In this document: one piece after another, positions 37,331 through 50,300 of the stretch
How the letters are laid out: every line of letters begins with the position of its first letter
Numbering within the stretch: the stretch's first letter is position 1
NCBI GenBank assembly: GCA_040954595.2
Contig: CM082578.2
Location: 12,214,520 to 12,278,519 of the forward strand
Source: Balanoglossus misakiensis
Taxonomy: Eukaryota > Animalia > Hemichordata
Direction: 5' to 3'
Length of the DNA stretch: 64,000 nt
The notes under the pieces: model-generated
Database searches by the model: none
Seen by the model: only the letters and a program-made list of their open reading frames with translations
Told to the model about the DNA's origin: nothing
Position numbers and translations under genes: made by a program

Positions 37331-40300
37331 ATGAATCGTGGTTGGCTTGAGTTGGAAAGTGATCCAGGTAACGCGATATAAATTACCTTACATTTTTTGC
37401 AACTATGCACTCCCTCAGATCAGATCAGCTTGGTTCGATTTACAATAATATTATGGTACAAAGGGTGAATATATATCTCTACTTTAGTGAAGCGTTAGAG
37501 TCGTGGTTAAAAAAACGTATTTCATACTCAACATACATTTCAAATATACCTTTATATGGCTTCGTAAAGGGATCTTCCCTATGACATACCAGTATTCTTT
37601 TGTTGCTGTGTTCATCTCAATATACACGTCCAGCTTTGCCAGGCTCTGACACCAGTCCTGTGCCTTGGTAATTAACTTCAATTTCATTCAACATTATTCA
37701 ATTGTCTTTGTAGGTTTGTTCACTTTGCTGGTGGAAAACTTTGGTAAGTGTTGCTCTGAATCTTTCCTGCTTACACATGCTCATGACTGTTCACTGAAAT
37801 GCCCTGATAAAATATCATGTGCAGTGAAATCCGCTATAGATCATTAGTTTCCATCTTCTTGTGTGTCTCAAATGGTGATGTTTGTATGTATTCTGATGTA
37901 TTTTGCTGTAAGTCGCAAACTTCTCTTGATATTATTTTCTTTATCAGGTGTTAAAGGTGTACAAGTGGAAGAGGTGTATGATCTGCAGAAGCCAATAGAA
38001 GGCCCCGTCTACGGCTTTATATTTCTATTCAAATGGATTGAGGAGAGGCGGTCACGGCGAAAAGTGCAACCGTTGACAGATGAAACCTTTGTGGATGACG
38101 AGTCTGTGATTAATGACATGTTTTTTGCCCAGCAGGTACGGTACAGCAGTTTCTGTGAGATCTATAGTCGTTAGAAGTTTCAATGGCCACTTCTCCTCTG
38201 ACTGACCATCTCCAGTAATGTGAAAGTCTTGTGCAGTATTACTAATATCAGTGCATGCTTTTCGTATGACAAGGGGCTGACATACATGCTTGTATTTACC
38301 TTCAGTTGATACCAAACTCTTGTGCTACACACGCCTTACTGAGCATTCTCTTGAACTGTCCAAGTATTACGCTGGGATCAACTCTGACCAAGCTGAAGGC
38401 ATTCACCAAGAACTTCAGTCCTGAGGTAAGCTGGCTTTTGCCTTGGAGCACATCACCCTGTGTGGGTGTGTGAACTCAAATCATTTTGTGGTGTTTAAAA
38501 GTTTCATATCTAGATGTGTGTGTACTTCTTGTACAGGCATGCAGATTTAGTCACAGTTACATGTACCACGACGAAATGAGATCTTGTTTTCACTGGGTGG
38601 TCATGTGAAAAAAAGTGCACCACCACCACATACATATCTGGTCATTCTGAAGACAGGTGCCCTTATATAGGCATATATAAATGAGAAGTGATCGTATACC
38701 TTTGATCTCGTATATTTGGCTCTCTTTCCGAATCTTCAGAATAAAGGTTATGCGATTGGTAGTCTGTCTGAGTTGGCCAGGGCCCACAACAGCCATGCCA
38801 AACCCGAACCAAGACATATCCAGGAGAAGCAAATGGGGATATCAGCGGTGCGTACGATGGAGACGTTTCACTTTGTCAGCTACGTGCCTATCAATGGAAG
38901 ATTGTTCGAGTTAGATGGACTCAAGCCATACCCAATCGACCATGGTAAGTGAAGTGGACATTGTGTGGGGTTCATTCTGTTGCCTGTGTATTAGAAAGAC
39001 ACCCTTATATTTGTGCAGTAAGTTGTTGTATCGCGTTTTGGCACACTTTGTTTATATAGGAAGCAGAAAAGTAGTTACCGGGTATTCCATTATCGTAATT
39101 TTATGGCACCTCATTCTGGCTTTCATTTGTTGTCATTTTAGGTCCTTGGGGAGAGCAGGAAGAATGGACAGATAAATTTAGAAGGGTGATCAGAGAAAGA
39201 CTAGATATGGGAGGGTAAGAAATCAAATATACCTGACTTCATCTCTCTATCTTCCTGTCTATATCTTCCTCCAAATATTTGTACCTTTGAGTACTTTCCA
39301 TCCAGAAACAACATGAGCACTGCATTTGTAAAAATACTGTTCTTCACCCCAACAGGTGTGATATAAGATTCAATCTGATGGCAGTCGTTGCCGACAGAAG
39401 ACAAGGTTATGAGCAAAAGCTTAAGATACTGAAATCTAATGAACACATTCTGATGGAAGCACTACAGCAGGTGAGAGTCGAAATATTTGAAAACCATCTC
39501 AAAGACAACATTTTCAGACAGTCCAAATTGCTCTTTGAATCATGGGAATTTGAGACAACTCGGTGTTTGATTTTGATCTTGTCATATAAATGCCCATCAA
39601 TCTATCAATCTGTAACCCTATTAAGAGACAATTTATGGATGTATTTTTGTCTTAACAGCTTGTTAAGTACACCAAGCCATCCCTACCCCTGGTCCAGAAA
39701 CCCCCAGTGCCGAGGAGGGAGCCTGTTGTCACCAGATCCAAATTCCAGGCCAGGGCACTGGTTACCAGGCCCGCAAGACCATTTAAGAAGGAGAAGGAAT
39801 TTGCCCCGAAGGTCAGGAATGGTGGAAATAAATTTGGAAATAATAAAAACACTGCAAAGATCATCTCAACATATAGGTGAGTTTGTGTGTACATGTGATT
39901 ATTTGTTTTGCTTTCTTCTGTGTAGGTACTTGTTTCTTCTTTTTCGTCAGAAAATTTCAAAGTACACAAGTTAACATGAACTCTAATCTTCTACAGACCT
40001 CCGCCAGCGCTGGACACACACAACTATGCCAAATCACCCCTGTCAGAAATCGACGAGACATCCACAGAGGACAGCACGCTCTCAGACGAGGAAAACGAGG
40101 AGGAGGCAGAGGAGGAAGACGATGATGACAGCGAAACGGACACTGATGAAGAAGTGGCTGAACAGCAAATGATGGAGATTGTTCCGCCTCCTGCCCCGCC
40201 TCAGATCAATCAGAACGCTCCCGTCCAGCTCACCACGGCGGAGATCGCACGACATCTGAGACTGTCGCAGATGGCCAGCGAGACCCTGATACAGATCAGC

Positions 40301-41588
40301 GTGGACCTGACTTCGGCGGAGCCCGGTTTGCTCAACAGGGACTTCTCGAACCTGGCGGCTTTCCTGTCGAAGGGACAGCTGCTGCCGGAAGTCAAGCTTC
40401 TGCCCAATTCCGGGAGCAGCAGCGACTGGCAGCCGTTGACCGTGCAGACCGTCTTCACCAGCAAGTGCTCGTCGTCGCCGCCGTCGCCGGGTGGCGACAG
40501 CACGGACACCGCGTCTGAAGCTGGCAGCGCGTTCAACTCGCCGGCCAGGTCGACGTCGTCCGGGCGGAACAGCCCCAACACCGTAGTTGCCCAGTTCCGA
40601 GAATGGAAGAGCCTGTTCTCGTCCGCTGCGGAGGAGTCCGGTTGGAGCCATGAGGTGGTCACTGTGGAGAGGGACGACGGTGTTAAAGATGAAAAAGATC
40701 CGGAAGACAAACAAGTCAATGACTCTGTACCGCAGGAAGTCGAAAATGTCAAAGTTGAGGAAATTTCAGAACAGACTGAGACCAGCACTGAGATTGACAC
40801 CAACACAGCACCTGCCACGACAGCAGATGCAGAGCTGAGCAGCCAGACTGATAGCTCAAAGTTCACGGTTGAAGACGGCCCAACGGATATGTTCTCGCTG
40901 AGCACAATACAAGAGGTGGATGAAACAGAATCCAAGGAAAATGAAGACAGCGTGGAAGAAATGGAGTGTACCAGTGAAGAGCAGCCGGTCGACAGTCAGA
41001 GGACATTCCATCCTAAGGTAAATCGGTTCATTTTGTGAGTATGTGTGTACACACTGGTCTGGTGTGAACTTATTTTGCCTGGTAATAAGTGAATAAAATT
41101 TGGTGTAGTCATCTTCATAAGATCATTTTCAGTAGCCAACATCAACAGTTTTTAACGTATTGATAATGTCTTCTCCAGGACTTGGTGGCCATTCTCAAGA
41201 ATCTTCAGAGTGAAATACAAGTTTGTGAGCAGAGGCTGTGTGATGAGACAGAAAAACGAAAGAAATACCATGTAAGTATTCGAGGGCGCTAGTAGCTGCA
41301 TGAGGGTGATAACACCTAAACTTGACCACAAACGAAAAGAAATATTAATTAATGGATGCTTCCTTATTTTTCCAGGTGGATGACTGTCGGAGAACTCACA
41401 ATTACGACCCGTTCATCTCAACATTCCTGTCGATCCTGGCTGAGCAAGACTTGTTGGCTGGTTTGGTGGAGCAGCATATGGTCATCAGACGTCGGCAGGG
41501 CTACAGTCTCGGCAGGTTACTCAAGACGTCGAAACCGGACAGACGGCGGCGGTCTCGACAGTCACTGAAAAAGAAATCCAAGAAGTGA
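37331..41588 (+). CDS. BAP1: Ubiquitin C-terminal hydrolase BAP1 (calypso), ~11 exons, complete
   Basis: [13 protein letters not shown]|[10 protein letters not shown]|[13 protein letters not shown]...[22 protein letters not shown]; catalytic [22 protein letters not shown]; C-terminal [27 protein letters not shown] and basic NLS. Confidence 0.97.
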
Positions 41589-43641
41589 ATGTTTAGATCC
41601 CGCGGACATTTCATTTGTTGATCGGCTTGTTAATCGAGTAGAGTTGTTGAGATTTGCGACTAGAAACTGTGGTTGAGTGATCTGTCAAAGCAGTCTCTCA
41701 TCAGTCATTGTGCACCGAGTTCTGTAGAGTAAAAAGATTCCAGTTTGTTGGACGTGACTCGTCATTGGGTGAAAGTCTATTAACTTATGGCCCCCAGCCA
41801 TGCAACATACCACAGTGAAGAGGTCAGCAATTATAATGCTGTGTGTGCTCAAGTTTAGAATCAAGGTCTCAAAAAGCAAACTTTGTCACTTTCGTTATAA
41901 GCAAAGTGTTGAGCTCCTCATTATATGCAGGTTATGTATTGCAGCAACCAGTATTTATTGAGTGTGTACAGGCTTAGCATCCCATGGACACTCTGGCATC
42001 TGTGGGAGATTATACAATGAAGAAGGACTGTGCAGCATGATACAAATTGCACCACTGCATTTTCTCTCACCATTGTTATAAAACTGTTTTCTTGAATTTC
42101 ATTTCTCATAATAAAAGTACAAATCATACAACTTGTGGATGTCTGTTGGTGTACTATTATTTGATTTTCCAAGTATATTGTCTCTCTTTGAGACTGTAAA
42201 TCTTACTTACAGATGTGCTGTTCAGTATGTAGTATCCATCCATATGAAGCCAATATACCACTTGACTTTGGCATGCCTGGTAACCACCAAGCTATTAACT
42301 CTACCATATTCTCACTATTTTTGCACCAAATGAAAATTTAAAACCCAAATCCCTCGGATATACATGATAAAATTAAAGGTCTTCATGATTCCGTATACAT
42401 TCACACTTTTGTGTTAGTTTGATAACAGTCGATATGCCAAAATAGAAACAAAGTGTTTGGGTGTTACTTGGCTAGAATGGTATTTGGTGTGACCACTGTC
42501 CGGAAACAAAGCCCTTATGTGACCTTTTGACCCTTAGGTAATTGATTGCCATGCCAATAAAAACAATAAAGATATTGTCTTTGGCACTGGACAGCGGTGG
42601 CCTGAAATTTAGCATTTTTAATATCTTTGTCCTGTTCACTGTGTACGCCTCTGCATTCCTCTAGATATAGTTGAATGGCATAACTGCAATTAATTGATCA
42701 GTTTTGTTCTTGATAACATTTGTGTACATGTCTCTGCAGAAAAGACTTAAAATTCTAGGGATAATCTTGTTTTTGGTATTTTAAGTAGTATGCTATGTCG
42801 TATCACAGTGAAATCACCCCCATTAAACATGGTCAATTAGAGTACATTGTAATAGAATGATCTCACATTTTATGGGCGAGCTGTTCTAACTGAAGTCAGT
42901 GACTTGGTGTCTATGATTTTTTATTTCCAAATTAAAATCATTTAATGCTCTGATTCACATGTAACATAAAACCCCTGGCCAGTGAGATGAGAGGAACTTC
43001 TTCTATCCAGGAGCTTGACATTATCTGACCTTCAAATACATGTAGTGAACTTTGGTACTTGAACGAACCTCTCCTGAAGACAATACAATCTAAAGTACCT
43101 GTAAGTGGAGGGACCAGGAAGAACTAAGTATCATGAGGGGATAGATAGGATGATCTATTTTGATGCAAGGGGTGGACAGGCTGAGATTCAAACCGACTTG
43201 AAAGGCAAAACAATGCATGGAAGCAATCCAAACTCCTGGCCCACTTTATGAATTGTCCATTCCTTATATTGGCAACCAACTGTTCAGCTTGCAACCAATT
43301 AAAGAATGTAGACAAGTTTAAATTAACTTTTCAAAGGAATGACATATAGAAGAACTTGTCACAAATTAGGGGAAATGTTGAACCATTGTGCCACGCCACG
43401 AAAATATCTATTTGCTGCGACGCGAGGACCAGTCCGCACCCGGGCGACTGGGTCTGCTGACATCTCCAGTAAATTACCTTCCCCAAAGCGTCCATAGTTA
43501 CGTATTGACACAGCCCAGATCATTTTCCAGAACGAGGTTGGGTTACTAACGATTTGATGCGCATGCTCAAAAAACTCTACCAGCTCCAAATGTTTTCATA
43601 GACTCAAGGCATATGACACGGATAGCAATGAACGAGTGGCA

Positions 43642-43780
43642 GTAGCAATGGGCAACGATCAGCCCTTATAATTATTTATCGCTTTGTTTATGACAAGGTA
43701 AGTTACTATCTCCGCTGGATATACCTTGATTGGTAAGGTGGTCTCGTTTCGGCCATGATTGTTTACGTTTCCATGGAAAT
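43642..43780. promoter_or_regulatory. X-box plus forkhead composite promoter of the CCDC162-like gene
   Basis: GTAGCAATGGGCAAC (43642-43656); TGTTTAC (43760-43766) directly abutting GTTTCCATGGAAAT (43767-43780); CpG-rich patch with a 5'UTR exon donor near 43698. Confidence 0.6.
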
Positions 43781-44398
43781 ATTCCCGGCTTCCCACATGT
43801 TGTGTTCCCGAGTTGTGCCGTACGTGCTTGTGTCATCCTTCCACGTTATTCACTTAATTCCTTTGCCGTCTATTGTACTGGCTTTATAAATCGACCGAGA
43901 GCTTGAGTTTTGGTCGATACACGAAATGTAATTACGACCTACGAGTTCACAACAGTAAATGTACAGATACCAAGGCAACGCCGCTTGAAAGGTATCCGGG
44001 GAATCAGTATGTCTCTGGTCCCTTCTGGGTCTATTGAAATATTGAACCAAACAAACGCGCACAGCGTTAAAAATGCATGGGTCTGTCTCCGAGACTATGG
44101 TATATAACATCGACGTGTGTAGTCCCAGTGTCTTCCGGGTGGTTACATAGATCAATGTATTCCCCTGACACCAATACACTGTTCGGTGAACAATATTACA
44201 AGGCCTGTTGGACGATTAAATATCACCCAATGGCCCCAGGGTCAATCATGTGTTTAATGTAACGGTAAAAAGTAAGCCGTTCCTGATGTCTGATGATCAT
44301 GTACAAATATATACTCGAATGTGATGTATACAGGAATTGCTTTGCCCCTTTAATAAGTATAGTACCAACATTTACTTCAGACCAGTACTCCTAGCAAG

Positions 44399-47300
44399 AT
44401 GATAAAGCTTGACGAATTCTACCATGTTGGGGGCAGTGACAAAATCAAAACCCTGGAAGCAGAACTCTCCAAGGAGCTGACAGACCTCAAACTAGACATT
44501 GAAGAAAATGAAATGCTGGCAGGGGCTCCCAGAGTGACGAGGTTTGTTATACATTCATTGATTCACTTGATCGCAACAGTCTCCGTTTGCCCATTTGTTT
44601 ACATATATATTTACAAGAATTTGACAACTATCAATGGCACAAAAACATCAAACACTGCGACTGTTGACAAAACAAAGTAATGAGAAATGCCATGACACTT
44701 ACTGTGGATGTGTTACCACTTAACGTTGAAATGAAATTGAACAATTATTTCAATGTCTGTATATTACTGGGAAAAAATGAACAAATATCTTGTATATGAA
44801 AGATAAAACAACACAAAATGTCACCATTGAACTTAAATATTAAAAAAAAAGTTTTGTGTACTTTTTCATTATCAGCTCTCTCTCACTACCAAGGGATATA
44901 GAACATTTCAGACAAGAAAGACGACATGTCATTGAACGAGGATTTCAGGTAAGGAACTTGACTTGTTCATTCACATCTGTACTTATAAATAATCCAAAGT
45001 AGCCAATTTGTAGAGGCATTGTTGTGATATCAACAGTTTAATTCCATTTATCAGTCTTTATTGCTATCAAAGTTCACAAAGGGCATGTTCAGTGAAGGGG
45101 ACAACAATTCATTTTGAAGCACAACAAATCTCATTACACTTAGAGTCTGAGAGCTTTAATCGTGACTTATCAAACTTTTGACCTTAATCTAACTGCAGTG
45201 CACAGCCAGATAATGGCCATGGAATTGTTTGGCAGGTGTTAATAGCCTTCTGTGTTGCTGTATCACACAGGTGTATGAAGCTCATCCAATCGTCATCCAA
45301 GCAGATGTTCTGACAGAAGAAGCGATCAACAGCATGAAAGATGAATACACAGAGAAGAGTCTGCCGCTGATACTGCACCAGGTATATTTGGCGTAGATTT
45401 TCAGATTATTGACTTACATCATTCAGACATGTTCGGATTCGTCCAATTTGTGTACCTGCATCTGGTTTGTTTACTCTGGTTGCCATTGAGTACCTGTCGG
45501 CTTATAGCGGCTGGCCGGTGCATTCTAATGATGTTTATTTTAGTAATTTACCTAAGAATCCAAAGTACCATCCCAGACAGTGGAAACTGTCTGGTACCAT
45601 ACAATTCTTAATGTGGCGGGGGAATTTTGATATTGAACAAATCCCTGTACAAAGACATATATCCTTATTTATGATCACCATCACATTTTAATCTTCTTTC
45701 GAGGAACTAATTCAACCCTAACACTGGCATTTTATCCCATCGATTTTTCAGTTCTTCTGTGATCGCATTCAGCAACTTGTGCAGTGCAAACACATGCACA
45801 TGTTGCGATGGAAAAGGTTCTGCTCGCACACAAGTACACTAGAAGCCGTGTATCCAATGTATCAGAAACGATTAGCGTAAGTATACATAAATGCTCCAAC
45901 AGTCTGATTTGTTTGGAAGTTGCATTTGCTCTTCATAAACACAATACATTTTGGGGCCTTTTATTTATTTCAATTACAGTCCCAAACTGCTGACAGTTAT
46001 AGAAAAGTTTGAATAACTGTGTCCCATCACCTATCAGTAAATCCAGATTCCAAAGCTAATGTGTTAGGCTATGCCACAGAGATCTGTCTGTGTAATAGGC
46101 CTGGTACTGTTGTCTTCAGTGCTCTACTGGACGCGGTGCATGTCCAAGCAGTAGTATGGAAGACGCATTTCAAACACATCACATGTTTATTGTGAGCTGC
46201 TTAAGAAATCCTTCAGCAAACACAACTGTCGGGCACAATAGAAACAGCACAGTTGACTTTGGAAGTTGGAGAATTTTGCCCGGATTACTGCCTGAGTGGA
46301 TTACCGACCAAGATTGTTGATTTTTCACATTTCACGGATATCTCAAAGGATGACCAGTGACCTGTAGATCCTAAGCAATGTGTTCAAGAAAGATCTGCAC
46401 AAAGGGAATGCTATTCTTAGCATAGTTCGAGATTAATTGAGAAATGCTTCAAAGCATTTGTGAATTATTTAGGCAGGTATGGTCAGTGAGGTAATGTTTG
46501 CTCATGTGTTATGTTTCTGTGCAATGCATGTATTGTATATGGGTTCACAGACTTTCATTCAATGCCATTTCAGGTTGATAATGTCAGAGTACAATGACAC
46601 CATAGCCAGAGCCAAGCGTCTTGCAGTTGCCAAAGATGATCTCTACTCCACCAAGCAGGCCATAGCAGCAGGGATGATTACGCTCGCCGATGTACAGATT
46701 TACACCAGATGGCTCACTTGTCATCTGCATTCCATCAAAAAAGTACATTCCTACCTCAAGGTAATTTTTTGGAAGTTTTTTTAGTATCAATGGAATGACA
46801 CCACTTCATCATATTCCAGTGATGATGATGATGGTGGTGGCGATGATACACCTGGTACTATTAGAACTGACAAGCTCGCAAATTGTTCACCAGCAATAAA
46901 ATTTGATTCATCGTTCTGTTGGCTATCGTCCAGGACAAGATTTAATTGTTATAGCCATTTTGACCTTATGAGGCTAATTTCAACCCCAACACTTAGACTT
47001 TTCATGTTTAAGAGGTTCTTACTAAGTCATTAATCTCAATGTCAAATACAAGTAAATGCTTACCAATCCATAAATATTGAAACATATAACTGATGAAAGA
47101 AAACTAACTGTTTTGTGACCAATTGTACTAGGTGCTTGAATGGTTGCCCGTCAGTCACAAATATGACATCATGCCAATGCCAACCAGTCACGAAGAAGTG
47201 CCAAAATCTGACGTGCCAGACTCCAGTAGGACAGCTTACACCAGCAGGAGTGATCAGCGCAAGTCCAGTCTGGTGGACGGTGCATTCCGTCGACCAAGCG

Positions 47301-50300
47301 TGGCGTCCCGTCCCGGATCGGGGACTTCCGGGCCCGTGGCCCCGCTGTCTGCGTCCGTCAACATCCTCAGTACCCACACGGTGCCTGCAAGTGTTGCCAG
47401 TGGTGTGTTGGCTGCGTCGGGTAAGTGCTACAGTGCTTTTGGTACCCTTGTGGCACTGCATGTACCTGTATAGTGCCTGTTAGGGACTGGTCTGTTTCTC
47501 TGGGAAGAGGGGGTGGAGGGTGGAACCTTGTTGAATTTGTCATAGGGAGGTCACCTCATTTTACTGAAGCAAATCCACCCCCGGCCAGAGAAACTGACCA
47601 GTCCCTTAGTGTTGTCAGTTTTGTAGTCAGCCTTGACATGGTTTCCCAAATTTGTCAATTGGGGCAGAGCAGTCGGTAGTTAGTTGGTGTGAGACTTAAC
47701 TGCCAAGTTTGAGCCCTGATATTCTATGTTCTCTTGTGGTGTCCTCTTCTCAGGTGGTGGCTTAGTGTCCAATGAAGTCACCCAGGGGGTGCCTACCCAT
47801 GTCACAGATCTGGAGAGTCTGAAACCTGTCTTGGAGTTTCTAATGGCTTGCTACGGAATTCAGATGGTAAGTATTCAATAAGCCATATACAAATAATGCT
47901 GGAACTTTTTGATGAATGGGAAAATATTGATAGATTTGTAATTCACCATATTTTTCATGTCTCAATGTAGGATATAAACCTAATTGTAACATCAGCCGAT
48001 GAAATGGAGCTTGTGGCCAACGTGAACAGGAAATTCAGAGCAGCATTTGCCAAGCAAGAACAACAGAGAACATTTCCAACCTATGATAAGATAGAGGTGA
48101 GTGGAAACAACTTCTGTAGACTCAACTGTTTCCAAAGCAGTCTACCCAAAGGGGATTGCCAGGTACATGTATCGAAACCGCTTTTCTTTGGATCATCAAC
48201 TCCATTTGTTCACACTGGTATATGTACACAGTGTAATAAAGTTTTTAATTTTGTAATTGCAGCTTGGTATAGAGACGTGGGGAGCCGATACTCCGGGAAA
48301 AGCTTTGAAAAAGGAATCCAACTGGTTGTCATTCATCAAAGTCAAGTAAGATATACACATGGTTTTTCTCTTAGTCTACCTACCAGTATAGTGTTACATG
48401 TGCATCGCCATGAAGGATGTCCAAATACTATTCAAGAAAGGGAAAATGTGTTACCGGTATGCATTTTTACATGACAGAATAATGATATACAGTGTGCTGC
48501 ATATTAAGCAAATATAGTGTGCTACTCGTGCATGAAAATTCCTCTGTTCTTGTGAGGATGTTTCATATTTGTCTATACAGCTATGTATTTGATACTGCCT
48601 TTGTTTCTGAACTTCAAATTGTTCACCGCTTGCAGGCCAGAACATGATCCGCATCAAGTCAAGATGTTGACTAAACTGAGACAGAAGGGCAACATTGACG
48701 AATTGTTGAAAGCCCAGTCAAGATTTCTCACGGTCACTGACTCTAGTGTAAGTACCGGATCAATGATGATATTGTGAGCAAATTTCACTTGATAAAATGG
48801 AGACACTTTGCTAACATGTATATGTAGTTTGAAAAAGTACAAAGTAATAGGTCAGAAAATGGCGTTTTGAGATAATGATAATTCATGATTTATCCTAATT
48901 TGTAATGTTGTTTTCCTTGTAGAAGGTACAAGATGCCCTGAAGGACCATGCCATTGCTGTCAGAGACCCTCCCATTGCTCAACCCATATCTGTCACATCT
49001 TACAAATCAGCGTCGAACACCAGTGCAATATGGAGGAAGATCTACCTCAACAGTGACCTCTATAGTGGGTATGTATCATTAGCAAATACATGTCTACTCC
49101 ATGCGTAGAGTTGAAAACAGAACTAATCGTATTTGTGTTCAAGTTATCACCATAAAATTCTGGCATGTTGACTGGTTGCTTCTGTTTCTGTCCCAAAAGG
49201 TCCACCAAGGAAGAAGACATGACCATCGTGGAGTTTGAGGAGAAAGACGTGGACAGCGTGAATTACGTGGGGCGTTCATCGCGCGCGAGCAGCGCTGGTG
49301 GAAGGAAGAGGCGAGACAGCGATGAATACAACTACTTCAACGCCATGCAGATGTTGGGTCTGGATGATGACGACGAAAGTCACCAGGACCCCACCATGAT
49401 ACAGGGTGGATTTCTGTCGTATCTCAACCTCAGACATCTCAGGATACGAGATCTGCAGAGAACGGTAAAGCCCAGGGGATTCATTGTTAATTATCTTTCG
49501 ACGTTTGTTGTGGCCATCTTTGTTCCATGCAAGAATATGTTGAAACATATACTGAGCTGTTGATTGGATATCATCCTCATTAATCACCATGTCTTTTTCT
49601 TGCACCTTTCATCCCTTCAGTGTTTGAGTATTCTGAATTACTTCCGATCTGTTGAAAGAACTCTAACTATCAATGATGGTGGGTTGTCCCTGGAAAATGG
49701 ACATCAAAAGAGAACAAGGTGAGTCGATCTTCAGAAGAGAATTTCTGGAGCACTCGTGAATCTTACGTTATTTTCTGGAATATATTGGCTCTCAGTGACA
49801 TAAACCCTTCTGTTGGTTTGGTTTGCTTCGTTATATTTTTACTGTTGACATCTCATATAATTTTATGAAGTGAATGCTGTTATTTTTTCGTCTTTTCAGT
49901 CAAAACCACCGTGTGGGCGTCCGTGAAGGTGGTCAAGATGGTGGTGGTGGCCTAGGGTCTCACCACTACTTGCATTACACACCAGCTGATTACAAGTAAG
50001 TGCAGTCATGCTTCACACAAGACAAGCTGGCTGAGTTTCTGAGAGGATGTTGTTGGACTTTCATGAATGTGCTTTGCATGTGCTGATAGTGTTTCATCTG
50101 TCTGTGTCGTAGAATCTCGGAAGCGGAATTCATGGAATATTCTGAAGTGGAAAACCATGATGATTTCTACACGCTTGAAGAAGGCAGAGTTCATGTGCAA
50201 GATCAGAAAGGGTATTACATCATCTATGATGCTGCATTGAAAGATCTCGAGTGAGTTTGAACAATCAATCATTTATATTTCATTGCACCAAACAGTTGGT

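Noticed and set aside
40082-40935. 210- and 241-aa minus-strand ORFs inside BAP1
   Set aside because: Antisense shadows of the GC-rich, low-complexity BAP1 exon.
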